A stretch of 64,000 nucleotides of DNA from Bacteroidota bacterium (GTDB taxonomy: Bacteria; Eisenbacteria; RBG-16-71-46; SZUA-252), in assembly GCA_050257045.1 (NCBI GenBank), contig JBLMWD010000027.1, positions 9,743 to 73,742 of the forward strand. Reading direction: 5' to 3'. Positions 45,876 through 55,370 of this stretch are shown here, piece after piece. The first letter of the stretch is position 1, and every line of letters begins with the position of its first letter. The notes beneath the pieces were generated by a model. It had not been told where the DNA came from and did not search any database. It was given only the letters and a program-made list of their open reading frames with translations. The position numbers and the translations under genes were made by a program.

Positions 45876-47129
45876 TCAGCCCGGCAGCGCGGCGATCGCC
45901 TCCATGACGCGCGCCGCGAATTCGTTCATCGCCGTCCGGTCCGCGTCCGCCGTGAGCGGCGGCGTCATCGGCGTGCCGATGACGATCCGCACGAGCGTCT
46001 GCCGCCGGAGCGACCGGCGAATCTGGTTCGACCCGGAGATCCGAATGGGAAGCACCGGCGACCGGGTCACGACCGCGAGGCGGCCGATGCCGGCCCGAGG
46101 CGGCAAGAGAGCCCCGCTCTTGTTCCGGGTTCCCTCCGGAAAGATGAGCACGGCTCCGCCCCCGTTCAGCGCCTCTTCCGCGCCCACGAGACCGGACCGG
46201 GCCCGGGAACCCCGCTGAATGGGGATCGAATTATACCCCCGGAGCATCGCGCCAAACACCTTGTTTTGGAAGAGTTCCGCCTTCGCCACGAAGTGGAGCA
46301 CGCGGGGGAAATTGGACCCCACCAGGGGCGGATCCCAGAAGCTGATGTGGTTGCAGGCCGCGATCAGGGGCCCCGTACGTGGGACGTGATCGATCCCTTC
46401 GATGCGAAACTTGAGGAAAGTTCTCGAAAAAGCCTTCACAAAACGACTTCCGAACCAGTAGAAGGGCGTCGTCGGGCCAGGGCCATGGCGGGCCGATTCG
46501 GCCCAGCTGCCGACGATCTCGACCTGCTCCTCGAGGGTCAGCGCGGAGGTGTCGAGCCGGATCGCGTCGTCGGCCGGGAGCATCGGGCTCTCGGGACGGC
46601 GCTCGTCCCGGAGGTCGCGGTCCCGCATCATCACCTCGATGGCGCCGAGGTCGGCGTGCTCGCCGCGCCGCTCGAACTCGCGGGAGCGGCGCTGGGCGCG
46701 CACCTCGGCCGAGGCGGAAAGGAAGATCTTGAGGTCGGCCCGCGGGAAGACGACGGTGCCGATGTCGCGCCCCTCCATCACGACGCCGGGCGGGCGCGCG
46801 AAGGATCGCTGGACCGCGACGAGGCGGCGGCGGAGCTCGGGGTGCACCGCCACGCGCGAGGCCGCCTCGCCCGCTTCGGCGGTGCGGATCTCGTCCTCGA
46901 CGAGGCGGCCGTCGCAGCGGAGGCCCTCGGGCGAGGGCTCGAACCGGACGCCTTCGATCGCGCCGAGGGTGTCGGACTCGGAGTCGAGGTCGGCGCCCGC
47001 GCGAAGTGCGAGGTAGGCCGCGGCGCGATACATCGCCCCCGAGTCGACGTGCGGGAGCCCGATCCGGCGCGCCACGCCGCGGGCCGTCGCGCTCTTCCCC
47101 GCGCCGGCCGGCCCGTCGATCGCGAGCAC
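45876..47129 (-). CDS. cmk: In-frame fusion: cytidylate kinase (N-terminal) + 1-acyl-sn-glycerol-3-phosphate acyltransferase (C-terminal)
   Basis: Cmk part: VLAIDGPAGAGKSATARGVARRIGLPHVDSGAMYRA (P-loop). PlsC part: FKIEGIDHVPRTGPLIAACNHISFWDPP (HX4D) ... LIFPEGTRN. No stop codon separates them (~417 aa). The start is GTG ~47129, or TTG ~47141 overlapping the aroA stop. The upstream part of track ORF 45876..48491 is just the alternative frame of aroA. Confidence 0.7.
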   Translation of the reverse strand: MLAIDGPAGAGKSATARGVARRIGLPHVDSGAMYRAAAYLALRAGADLDSESDTLGAIEGVRFEPSPEGLRCDGRLVEDEIRTAEAGEAASRVAVHPELRRRLVAVQRSFARPPGVVMEGRDIGTVVFPRADLKIFLSASAEVRAQRRSREFERRGEHADLGAIEVMMRDRDLRDERRPESPMLPADDAIRLDTSALTLEEQVEIVGSWAESARHGPGPTTPFYWFGSRFVKAFSRTFLKFRIEGIDHVPRTGPLIAACNHISFWDPPLVGSNFPRVLHFVAKAELFQNKVFGAMLRGYNSIPIQRGSRARSGLVGAEEALNGGGAVLIFPEGTRNKSGALLPPRAGIGRLAVVTRSPVLPIRISGSNQIRRSLRRQTLVRIVIGTPMTPPLTADADRTAMNEFAARVMEAIAALPG

Positions 47130-47137
47130 GAAAGCGC

Positions 47138-48415
47138 TCAACGGCGAAGGCTCCGGAGCCTGTCGAGGAAATCCGGATCGGAGACCGCGGCGGCCTCGAC
47201 GCCCTCCACGGTCACGCCTTCTTTCGCGCAGAGCCCCGCGACGAGGAGCGCCATCGCGATCCGGTGATCCCCCGCCGCGTCGACGCGGCCGCCGCGCAGC
47301 GACCCTTTTCCCTCGATCGCCCAGCCGTCCTCGAGCTCCTCGACGGTCGCGCCCGCTGCACGGAGCGCGGCCGCGGTCGTGGCGATCCGGTCCGACTCCT
47401 TCACGCGCAGCTCGCGCGCGCCGCGAATCTCGCTGTGCCCGCGCGCGAACGCCGCGAGCACCGCGACGAGCGGGAGCTCGTCGATCAGGCGCGGCGCCTC
47501 GTCTTCGCCGATCTCCACCGGGACGAGCCCGCCGGCGCGGACGTGGAGGTCGGCCACCGGCTCCTCGCCGAGGGCGCGCGGGTCGAGCCGCTCGATCGAG
47601 GCCCCCATGCGGACGAGGACGTCGAGGAACGCCGCACGCGTGGGGTTGGTACCCACGCCGCGGATCGTGATCTCCGACCGCGGCACGACCGCCGCCGCGG
47701 CGAGGAGGAATGCGGCGGCCGAGAGATCCCCCGGCACGTCGATCTCGGCCGCGTGGAGCGCGGCGGGTCCGGTGACGCGCGCGGCGCGGCCCTCCCGCGC
47801 GACACGCGCGCCGAAGAGCGGGAGCATCCGCTCGGTGTGGTCGCGCGTCGCCACCGGCTCGTCGACGATCGTCGTTCCCGAAGCCTGGATCGCGGCGAGG
47901 AGGAGCGCGCTCTTCACCTGCGCGCTCGCGACGCGCGTGTCGACGTGCGCGCCGTGGAGCGCCGTCCCGCGGATCACGACGGGCGGGAGCCGGTCCCCCG
48001 CGCGGGCGTGGACGTCGGCGCCAAGGGCGCGGAGCGGCACGATGACGCGGTCGACCGGACGGCGCCGGAGCGAATCGTCGCCGGTGAGGATCGAGAGAAA
48101 GGGGCGCGCCGAGAGAAGACCCGTCGCGAGGCGGAGCGCGGTCCCCGAGTTCTTCGCGTCGAGGACCGCCTCGCTCTCCCGGAGCGTGCCGCCGTCGAGG
48201 ATCCACTCGCCGCGCGCCGTGCGGACGCGGGCGCCCAGCGCGCGTACGAGCCCGAGCGCCGCGCGGGCGTCGGCGCCGGGATTGGCGCCGCGCACGCGGG
48301 TCGCTCCGGGCGCGAGGGCGCCGAGCAGGACCGCGCGCTGCGTGATCGACTTGTCCCCGGGAACCGTGGTCTCGCCCCGGAGCGGACGGCCGGGGCGCGT
48401 CGCGGCGCGGCTCAT
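47138..48415 (-). CDS. aroA: 3-phosphoshikimate 1-carboxyvinyltransferase (EPSP synthase)
   Basis: TTVPGDKSITQRAVLLGALA...DAKNSGTALRLATGLL...; the start overlaps the tyrA stop (ATGA). Confidence 0.9.
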   Translation of the reverse strand: MSRAATRPGRPLRGETTVPGDKSITQRAVLLGALAPGATRVRGANPGADARAALGLVRALGARVRTARGEWILDGGTLRESEAVLDAKNSGTALRLATGLLSARPFLSILTGDDSLRRRPVDRVIVPLRALGADVHARAGDRLPPVVIRGTALHGAHVDTRVASAQVKSALLLAAIQASGTTIVDEPVATRDHTERMLPLFGARVAREGRAARVTGPAALHAAEIDVPGDLSAAAFLLAAAAVVPRSEITIRGVGTNPTRAAFLDVLVRMGASIERLDPRALGEEPVADLHVRAGGLVPVEIGEDEAPRLIDELPLVAVLAAFARGHSEIRGARELRVKESDRIATTAAALRAAGATVEELEDGWAIEGKGSLRGGRVDAAGDHRIAMALLVAGLCAKEGVTVEGVEAAAVSDPDFLDRLRSLRR

Positions 48416-49260
48416 CGGGCGATCTCCTCCCGGAATGCGCGCGCTTCTTCGAGGCGCGCGCGGAGGGAGGGCCCTCCCTCCTCGATCGCATGCCGGAGCG
48501 CGCGCACTTCCCGCTCGAGGAGCTCGAGGGCGGGAAGGAGCTTCGGCCCGTTCAGGGAGAGGATCTCCGCCCAGAGCGCGGGCGGCGAGCCGGCCACGCG
48601 CGTCGTGTCGCGGAGCCCCGGTCCCGCCGTCTCGGCGAGCGCCACCGTCATCGAGCCGGTGCGCCGGAGCGTCCGCACGAGCGCGACCGAGGCCGCGTAC
48701 GGCAGGTGGCTCGTGAGCGCGACGAGGGCGTCGTGGAGCGCGGGGGCGATCGAGGCGGGGCGCGCGCCGAGCGCGCTCCAGAACGCGGCCGCGCGGCCGC
48801 CGGGCGAATCGGACTCGAGCGGCCGTCCGATCAGCACCGGGGCTCCCACGTAGAGATCGGCGCGGGCCGCGGCGATCCCCGCCGCTTCGGATCCCGCGAG
48901 CGGATGCGCCGGGACGAAGCGGTCGGCGAGGTGCGTCGTCTCCAGCGAGGCCGCGACCGACGGGAGCATCACGCTCGAGAGATCCATGACGAGGGCTCCA
49001 TCGGGAAGTGGAGCGTCCAGCGCAGGAATGAGCGATGCCGCGGCGCGCGGCGGGACGGCGAGGACGACGAGGTCCGTTCCATCCGGGAGCGCCGAGGGCG
49101 AATCGAAGAGTTCCGTGACCGCCTCGCGCGCGAGTGCCTCGCGCGCGGCACGCTCATCGCATCCCGCGACGCGGGTATCCGGCGTCGTGGCGCGGAGCGC
49201 GAGCCCCAGCGAGCCGCCCATGAGCCCGAGCCCGATGATCGCCACACGACGCGGGAGCAT
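48412..49260 (-). CDS. tyrA: Prephenate/arogenate dehydrogenase
   Basis: MLPRRVAIIGLGLMGGSLGLALRA (NAD-binding) ... HPLAGSE. The track ORF is trimmed to ATG ~49260. Confidence 0.85.
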   Translation of the reverse strand: MLPRRVAIIGLGLMGGSLGLALRATTPDTRVAGCDERAAREALAREAVTELFDSPSALPDGTDLVVLAVPPRAAASLIPALDAPLPDGALVMDLSSVMLPSVAASLETTHLADRFVPAHPLAGSEAAGIAAARADLYVGAPVLIGRPLESDSPGGRAAAFWSALGARPASIAPALHDALVALTSHLPYAASVALVRTLRRTGSMTVALAETAGPGLRDTTRVAGSPPALWAEILSLNGPKLLPALELLEREVRALRHAIEEGGPSLRARLEEARAFREEIAR

Positions 49261-49286
49261 CGGGCCCGGGGTGTCCGGAGGCGCCG

Positions 49287-50387
49287 TCACGAAATCCGCG
49301 CGAGCGCCTCGATCAGACGATCGTTCTCGAGCCGCGTGCCGACGCTGATCCGGGCGAACTCGGCGGGCAGCCCGAACGACGTCATCGGGCGGATGATCAC
49401 GCCCAGGCGCTCGAGCGTGCGCGTGGCCTCCACGGCCGAGCCCGGGAAACGCGCGAGGACGAAGTTGGCCCAGCTCGGCGTCACGCGGATGCCCCGCTGC
49501 GGGAGCTCGCGCTCGAGCAGCGTGATCCCCTCCTGGTTCATCTCGCGGCTGCGGCGCACCTGCTCCGGATCGCCGAGGCTCGCGCGCGCCGCCGCCTGCC
49601 CCACCGTGGAGACGTTGAACGGGAGCCGGACGCGGTGCACGAGCGCGGCGATGTCGTCCGGGAAGAAGCCGTAGCCGACGCGGAGGCCGGCCAGCGCGTA
49701 GATCTTCGAGAAGGTGCGGAGCACCGCGACCCGCTTCCCCTTCCGGAGGTAGTCGAGCGCGTTGGGGTAGTCGGGATCGGTGACGTACTCGAAGTAGGCC
49801 TCGTCGACGATCGTGAGGACGTGCTCGGGCACCCGCCGGAACCACTCGTCCATCGCGCGGCGGCGGACGATGGTGCCGGTCGGATTGTCGGGATTGGCGA
49901 AGTAGACGAGCTTGGTGCGGTCGGTGATCGCCGCGAGCATCGCCTCGGGATCGTGGAAGAGCTCCTTCCCCGGCACGCGCCGGAGGGTCCCTCCCGCGAC
50001 CTTCACGGCCACGGCGAACATCACGAAGGAGGGGTGCGACATGACCGCCTCGTCCCCGTGGTCGAGATAGATGCGGCAGAGGACGTCGATCAGGTCGTTC
50101 GACCCCGAGCCGACCGCGATCCACTCCGGCGGGACGTTCCAGTGGGCGCTGAGCGCCTCGCGCAGATAGAACGACGAGCCGTCGGGATAGCGGTTCACGC
50201 CGTGCACCGCCGCGTTCATGGCGGCGATGGCGAGGGGCGAGGGGCCGAGGGGATTTTCGTTCGACGCGAGCTTCACGGCGCCCGCGATGCCGAGCTCGCG
50301 CTCCAGCTCTTCGACGGGCTTTCCGGGTACGTACGGCGTGAGGTTTCGAATCTCGGGGCGGATTGGATCCATCGCTCTGAGCGTCAT
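49287..50387 (-). CDS. hisC: Histidinol-phosphate/aromatic aminotransferase (class II)
   Basis: LASNENPLGPSP...YPD...LRTFSKIYALAGLRVGY (PLP lysine motif). Confidence 0.85.
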   Translation of the reverse strand: MTLRAMDPIRPEIRNLTPYVPGKPVEELERELGIAGAVKLASNENPLGPSPLAIAAMNAAVHGVNRYPDGSSFYLREALSAHWNVPPEWIAVGSGSNDLIDVLCRIYLDHGDEAVMSHPSFVMFAVAVKVAGGTLRRVPGKELFHDPEAMLAAITDRTKLVYFANPDNPTGTIVRRRAMDEWFRRVPEHVLTIVDEAYFEYVTDPDYPNALDYLRKGKRVAVLRTFSKIYALAGLRVGYGFFPDDIAALVHRVRLPFNVSTVGQAAARASLGDPEQVRRSREMNQEGITLLERELPQRGIRVTPSWANFVLARFPGSAVEATRTLERLGVIIRPMTSFGLPAEFARISVGTRLENDRLIEALARIS

Positions 50388-50424
50388 GGCGAAGCACTCC
50401 TTCCGGTCGTGATCCGAGCGCAGT

Positions 50425-51492
50425 CTACCACCCGGATTCCGACTCGGGGAAACTTCCGAGAACCCTCAGAAGCCTCGTCCGGGCGCGGATTTCGTCGAGT
50501 GCTAAGCGGAGCGGATCGGCGTCCTTGTGGCCGGCCACCTCGAGGAGGAAGAGGTGCTCCCCCGGACGCCAGCGGTGCGTCCGCGACTCGATCCAGTGAA
50601 GGTTCACGCCGCGGCTGGCGAGCGCCTGGAGGACCGCGAGCAGGGTGCCCGGCGTGTTCTCGAGCGCGAGGAGGAGCGCGGTCTTGTCGCGGCCGCTCGC
50701 AGTACCGCCGGAGCGGCCGAGCACCAGGAAGCGCCGCGTCCGCCGCGGCGCGTCCTCCGCGTCCCCCTCGACGACGGGAAGCCCGAGGAGGTCCCCCACG
50801 ATCGCGGGCGCGAGGCAGAGCGTCTCCGGATCGGCCGCCGCCGCGCGCCCCGCTTCGAGGCTTCCGGCCGCGGCGTCGACCGCGACGCCCGGACCGAGGG
50901 TGGCGCGCCAGCGCTGGCACAGGGCGAGCGCCGCGGGGTGCGCGACGATCCGCCTCGGCGCGCGCGTCCGGCCGAGTGCCTCGTAGCCGCCCCGGTCGAC
51001 GAACTCCGCGGTGATCGCGGCCTCGGCGCCGAGGAAGAGGTCGTAGGCGTCGAACGGCGGATCCTCCGCGTCCCCCTCGAGCGCGAAGACGCCGTGCTCC
51101 GCGCGCTCCGAGCCGACCGCCTCGAGGAGGTGCTGCGGCGACGGAGACGCGGCGTACGTCGACGAGGCGCCGAACCGGCGCACGGCGGCCTGGTGGGCGA
51201 AGCCGCCCTCGACGCCGAGATAGGCGACGCGGAAGGCCCCCTGCACCGCCCGCGAGGCGGAGACGATCTCCCGGAAGATGGCGCGCACGCCGGAGCGCGG
51301 GAAGCGTCCCGCCGCTTCGCGCTCGATCCGCTCGATCAGGTCGCGCTCGCGCGCGGGATCGAGCGTCGCCTCCCCCGCCGCCTCCTTGATCGCGCCGATG
51401 CGCGCGGCGAGCTCGGCGCGCTTCGCGAGCAGGTCGAGGAGGTCCCGATCGAGACGGTCGATGGCGCGGCGGATCTCGTCGCGCTCGCTCAT
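50425..51492 (-). CDS. pheA: Bifunctional chorismate mutase / prephenate dehydratase (P-protein)
   Basis: N-terminal AroQ chorismate mutase (IRRAIDRLDRDLLDLLAKRAELAARIGAIK), PDT domain (VAYLGVEGGFAHQAA), C-terminal ACT domain. ATG ~51492 overlaps the upstream stop (ATGA). Confidence 0.85.
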   Translation of the reverse strand: MSERDEIRRAIDRLDRDLLDLLAKRAELAARIGAIKEAAGEATLDPARERDLIERIEREAAGRFPRSGVRAIFREIVSASRAVQGAFRVAYLGVEGGFAHQAAVRRFGASSTYAASPSPQHLLEAVGSERAEHGVFALEGDAEDPPFDAYDLFLGAEAAITAEFVDRGGYEALGRTRAPRRIVAHPAALALCQRWRATLGPGVAVDAAAGSLEAGRAAAADPETLCLAPAIVGDLLGLPVVEGDAEDAPRRTRRFLVLGRSGGTASGRDKTALLLALENTPGTLLAVLQALASRGVNLHWIESRTHRWRPGEHLFLLEVAGHKDADPLRLALDEIRARTRLLRVLGSFPESESGW

Positions 51493-52223
51493 CGCGGCCT
51501 CGCTCGAGGGGCGTGCGCCGCGTGGCGGAGCGCCTCGATCTCGCGCCCGGTGAGCGGACGGATCGTCCCGCGGCGCTGCGTGCCGAGACGGATCGGGCCG
51601 AACCGCGTGCGGAGCAGGCGCGCGACGTCGAGCCCCGCCCGCTTCGCGAGGACGCGCACCTCGCGCTTCTTCCCCTCGGCGAGGTCGAATCGGACGATGC
51701 CGCGGCCGTGGTCCGCTCCCTCGAGCACGACGTGGAGCGGCCGCACCGGCACGCCTTCGACGACCGCGCCCTGCTGCAGCAGGCGCAGGATGTCGGGCGC
51801 GGGGACCGGCCGCACCCAGACGCGGTAGCTCCGGACGAGACCGCTCCGGGGATGGAGCAGCGCCTCCGCGAGCGTTCCGTCGGTGGTGAGGAGGAGGAGC
51901 CCTTCCGATTCGTAGTCGAGGCGCCCGACCGGCATGAGTCCGCGAGCCACCTCGCCGAGGAGCTCGAAGATGGTCGGTTTTCCGCCCTGCGACCGGCGGC
52001 TCACGAGGACTCCGGGCGGCTTGTGGTAGGCGGCGTAGCGCTCCCGCTCGGGGAGCTCGAGAGGGGTTCCGTCGAGGGCGACGGCGTCGACGCCGGGAGT
52101 GACCGGCGCTCCCATGCCGTCGGGGGCCCGCCCGTTCACGGTGACGCGTCCGTCGCGGATCCACTGGTCCGCTTCGCGGCGCGACCCGCGTCCGGCGCGG
52201 GCGAGGAAGAGGTTAAGCCGCAC
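51489..52223 (-). CDS. rRNA pseudouridine synthase (RsuA/RluB family) with an N-terminal S4 domain
   Basis: MRLNLFLARAGRGSRREADQWIRDGRVTVNG (S4) ... GRLDYESEGLLLLTTDG (catalytic Asp motif). GTG start. Confidence 0.8.
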   Translation of the reverse strand: MRLNLFLARAGRGSRREADQWIRDGRVTVNGRAPDGMGAPVTPGVDAVALDGTPLELPERERYAAYHKPPGVLVSRRSQGGKPTIFELLGEVARGLMPVGRLDYESEGLLLLTTDGTLAEALLHPRSGLVRSYRVWVRPVPAPDILRLLQQGAVVEGVPVRPLHVVLEGADHGRGIVRFDLAEGKKREVRVLAKRAGLDVARLLRTRFGPIRLGTQRRGTIRPLTGREIEALRHAAHAPRARPR

Positions 52224-52857
52224 CCTCGGGAGCGGGCTCCTCGACGTCGGCCGCCTTCGCCGTCTCCCCCGCCTCCGGCGTGTCTTCTCCGGCAGCCGGC
52301 TCGTCGCCCGGCTCCATCTCCAGCCGCTCCCGCTCCTCGAGAACCGGCCCCAGCTCCTTCAGCTCCGGAAGATCGGAGAGGTCGTTGATCCCCATGTACG
52401 AGAGGAAATCGGGGGACGTGGCGTAGACGAGCGGACGGCCGACTCCCTTCGAGCGCCCCTTGATCGTGACGAGCCCGCGCTCGAGGAGGGTGTGGAGCGA
52501 GCCGCTCGAATCGACGCCGCGGATCGAGTCGATCTCCACCTTCGTGACCGGCTGCTTGTAGGCGACGATCGCGAGCGTTTCGAGCCCCGCGCGCGACAGG
52601 CGCACCTTGCGGCGCGAGCGGAGCATCCGTTCGATCCACGGAGCGCACTCCTTCCGCGAGAGGAGCTGGTAGCCGCCCGCGATCTCGGCCAGGGCGACGC
52701 CGCGTCCGCTCTCGTCGAGATCGCGCGCGAGCTCGCGCAACTCCTCGGCGACGGTCGCGGCGTCGGGGCCGTCGAGCACCTCGACCAGGGTCGAGAGCCC
52801 GACCGGCGCGTCGCTGGCGAAGAGGAGCGACTCCAAGATCTGCTTCGTGGTGGTCAT
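52213..52857 (-). CDS. scpB: Segregation and condensation protein B
   Basis: MTTTKQILESLLFASDAPVGLSTLVEVL...GRSKGVGRPLVYATSPDFLSYMGI. The track ORF is trimmed to the ATG. Confidence 0.85.
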   Translation of the reverse strand: MTTTKQILESLLFASDAPVGLSTLVEVLDGPDAATVAEELRELARDLDESGRGVALAEIAGGYQLLSRKECAPWIERMLRSRRKVRLSRAGLETLAIVAYKQPVTKVEIDSIRGVDSSGSLHTLLERGLVTIKGRSKGVGRPLVYATSPDFLSYMGINDLSDLPELKELGPVLEERERLEMEPGDEPAAGEDTPEAGETAKAADVEEPAPEGAA

Positions 52858-53681
52858 CGCGTCTCCTCCTCGGCGTGCACCGTGGTCTGGTCCATTCCCT
52901 GCTCCTGCGGCGCGTCCCCGCGCCACTCGACCCAGATCGGCCCGAACAGCTCCTCCTGCGCGACCTGGACCTCTCCCGATTTCAGCATCTCGAGGAGGCC
53001 GAGGAAGGCCGTGATCTTCTCGATCCGGCTCACGAAGGGCTCGAGCAGCTCCTCGAAGAGCATCCGCGGGCGCTCGCGCAGATTCGTGGAGAGGAGCGCG
53101 ATCGCCTCCTCGAGCCGGATCGGCTCCGCGACGATGGTGTGGACCGGTGCGGGCACCTGGCGCGTGAGGACGTTCTTGAGCGCGTCGAGGAGCCGGAAGA
53201 GGCTCACCGGAAGCAGTTCGCTCGCCTCGGGGTCCTCGAGCTGCGCCGGCGCGCCCCGGTCGAAGCGGAGCCGGCGGTCCCCTTCCATCCGCTCCAGCTC
53301 CCGCGAGGCTTCCTTGAACCGCCGGTACTCGAGGAGCTGGCGCACGAGCCCTTCGCGCGGATCTTCTTCTTCCTCCTCGGCGCTGATGGGCGGCGGGAGG
53401 AGCATGCGCGCCTTGATGCGCATGAGCGTCGCGGCCATGACCAGGAACTCGCCCGCCACCTCGAGGTCCAGCTCGCGCATCAGCTCGAGCGTCTCGAGAT
53501 ACTGGCGCGTGATCTTCGCGATCGGGATGTCGCTGATCTCGATCTCGTTCTCCTGGATCAGGTGGAGAAGGAGATCGAGCGGGCCCTCGAATACCGGGAG
53601 CTGGACGCGCATCGGAAGACGCTCCGAGGCGGCATCGCCCGCGGGTGTCGGCGGGTTCTCCTGCTCGCGCTCGTCGCTCAT
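52854..53681 (-). CDS. scpA: Segregation and condensation protein A
   Basis: FEGPLDLLLHLIQENEIEISDIPIAKITRQYLETLELM. Confidence 0.85.
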   Translation of the reverse strand: MSDEREQENPPTPAGDAASERLPMRVQLPVFEGPLDLLLHLIQENEIEISDIPIAKITRQYLETLELMRELDLEVAGEFLVMAATLMRIKARMLLPPPISAEEEEEDPREGLVRQLLEYRRFKEASRELERMEGDRRLRFDRGAPAQLEDPEASELLPVSLFRLLDALKNVLTRQVPAPVHTIVAEPIRLEEAIALLSTNLRERPRMLFEELLEPFVSRIEKITAFLGLLEMLKSGEVQVAQEELFGPIWVEWRGDAPQEQGMDQTTVHAEEETR

Positions 53682-54673
53682 CCGATCTTCATCGCCTCGC
53701 GCACCTCGCGCATCGTCTCCTGCGCCACCGCCCGCGCCCGCTCCTCACCCTGCCGGAGCGCCTCGGCCACGCGCTCGGGGTGGGCGTCGAGCTCCTTGCG
53801 CCGCTCGCGGATCGGCCCGAGCCGCTCGGCGAGAACGGACGAGAGATCGCGCTTGTCGGCCACGCAGCCGAGCTTCCCGGCGCGGCACGCCTGGTCGATG
53901 ACCGGCGCGTTCGCCGCGTTGAAGGCGCGATGATACGCGAAGACGACGCATCCGTCCGGGTTTCCCGGGTCGTTGAGCCGGATCTTCTTCGGGTCGGTGT
54001 AGGCGGTCTTGATCTTGGCCGCGATCTCCTCCGGCTCGTCGGAGAGGAGGATCGTGTTCCCGAGCGACTTGCTCATGCGCCGCCCGTCGAGTCCCGGGAG
54101 CCGCGGGAAGTGCGTCAGCTTCGGCTCCGGGACCGGAAAGACCTCGCCATAGAGCGAATTGAACTTTCGCGCCAGCTCGCGGGTGATCTCCACGTGGGGG
54201 ACCTGGTCCTCCCCCACCGGCACGAGGTTCGCCTTGTAGAGGAGGATGTCGGCGGCCTGGAGCACCGGATACCCCAGGTGGCCGTAGGACAGGCGCTCCT
54301 CCAGCTCCAGGTCGCGGGCCTGGTCCTTGACGGTCGGGTTCCGCTCGAGGCGACTCGTCGTGATCAGCATCGAGAGGAGGAGATGGAGCTCCGCGTGTTC
54401 CTTCACCCGCGACTGGACGAAGACCGGGCTCTTCTCCGGATCGATGCCCGCCGCGAGCCAGTCGGTCACCATCTCCATCGTGTTGGGATGGATCTGGTCG
54501 GTGTGCTCGTAATCGGTCGTGAGCGCGTGCCAGTCGGCGACCATGTGGAAGTTGTCGCACGTGTCCTGGAGCGCGACCCAGTTCTGGAGCGCGCCGAGGT
54601 AGTTCCCGAGGTGGAGGCGCCCCGTGGGGCGCATGCCGCTCAGGATGCGGGGCCGCTTGGGCGCGGCCGTCAC
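53678..54673 (-). CDS. trpS: Tryptophan--tRNA ligase
   Basis: RILSGMRPTGRLHLGNYLGAL (HIGH-type) ... KMSKSLGNTI (KMSKS). Confidence 0.9.
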   Translation of the reverse strand: MTAAPKRPRILSGMRPTGRLHLGNYLGALQNWVALQDTCDNFHMVADWHALTTDYEHTDQIHPNTMEMVTDWLAAGIDPEKSPVFVQSRVKEHAELHLLLSMLITTSRLERNPTVKDQARDLELEERLSYGHLGYPVLQAADILLYKANLVPVGEDQVPHVEITRELARKFNSLYGEVFPVPEPKLTHFPRLPGLDGRRMSKSLGNTILLSDEPEEIAAKIKTAYTDPKKIRLNDPGNPDGCVVFAYHRAFNAANAPVIDQACRAGKLGCVADKRDLSSVLAERLGPIRERRKELDAHPERVAEALRQGEERARAVAQETMREVREAMKIG

Positions 54674-54680
54674 GAAGCGC

Positions 54681-55337
54681 TCATCCCATGAGCCCCCAGC
54701 TGAAGAGGTGCATCAGGGGCGTCACCACGGGTCCGATCAGCGCGCCGACGAGGGAGACATGGGAGATGCTGCCCATCAAGATCAGGCCCAGCAGGAGCAT
54801 CGGGCCGAACGGCTCGAGAGCGCGGAACCGCTCGGCCGCGCGCCAGGGCAGGAGCCCCGTCACGACGCGGGAGCCGTCCAGGGGAAAGATCGGGATCATG
54901 TTGAAGGCCGCCAGCACGAGGTTGATGTAGACGGCGTTGCCGGTCATCTGGAGCAGCGCCGTGGCCGCGGGGCTCGCGTCCCCACCGGAGAAATACGGGC
55001 TCGCGACCATCCCGCGCAAGAGCGTTCCGAAGATCGCGGCGAGGATCACGTTCGAGACCGGGCCCGCGAGCGCGATCCACATCATGTCGCGATGCGGGTG
55101 CGAGAGGTAGCGGGAGTCGACCGGCACCGGGCGCGCCCATCCGAAGTGCGGCGGAAGGAGCAGGAGAATGGAGCCGATCGGGTCGAGGTGGACGATCGGA
55201 TTCAGCGTGAGCCGGCCGAGGAGCCGCGACGTCGGGTCCCCCAGCTTGGTCGCGACGAATGCGTGGCTCGCTTCGTGGAACGTCAGGGCGAAGAGGATCG
55301 GCGGGATGAACAGCAGGATCTGCGCGACGCTGCCCAC
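54681..55337 (-). CDS. Site-2 protease family (M50) membrane metallopeptidase
   Basis: HEASH zinc motif (LTFHEASHAFVA) plus NxxPxxxLDG-like (NMIPIFPLDG). Confidence 0.75.
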   Translation of the reverse strand: MGSVAQILLFIPPILFALTFHEASHAFVATKLGDPTSRLLGRLTLNPIVHLDPIGSILLLLPPHFGWARPVPVDSRYLSHPHRDMMWIALAGPVSNVILAAIFGTLLRGMVASPYFSGGDASPAATALLQMTGNAVYINLVLAAFNMIPIFPLDGSRVVTGLLPWRAAERFRALEPFGPMLLLGLILMGSISHVSLVGALIGPVVTPLMHLFSWGLMG

Positions 55338-55370
55338 CCTGGCTCCCCTGCCCCGTCGCGCCTGACGCGC

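Noticed and set aside
45856-45879. Hairpin GCACGG-tcggat-CCGTGC overlapping the cmk-plsC stop codon
   Set aside because: It has only a 6-8 bp stem and no U-tract. It was judged too weak to call a terminator or attenuator between plsC and ispH.
47142-48491. N-terminal 450 codons of track ORF 45876..48491
   Set aside because: This is simply the alternative frame of aroA (47138..48415), which has unambiguous EPSP synthase motifs. The real gene in this frame (cmk-plsC) starts just after the aroA stop.
49261-50397. Upstream part of track ORF 48412..50397 fused to tyrA
   Set aside because: It is the alternative frame of hisC. TyrA starts at the internal MLPRRVAIIGLG Met, where the NAD-binding motif begins.
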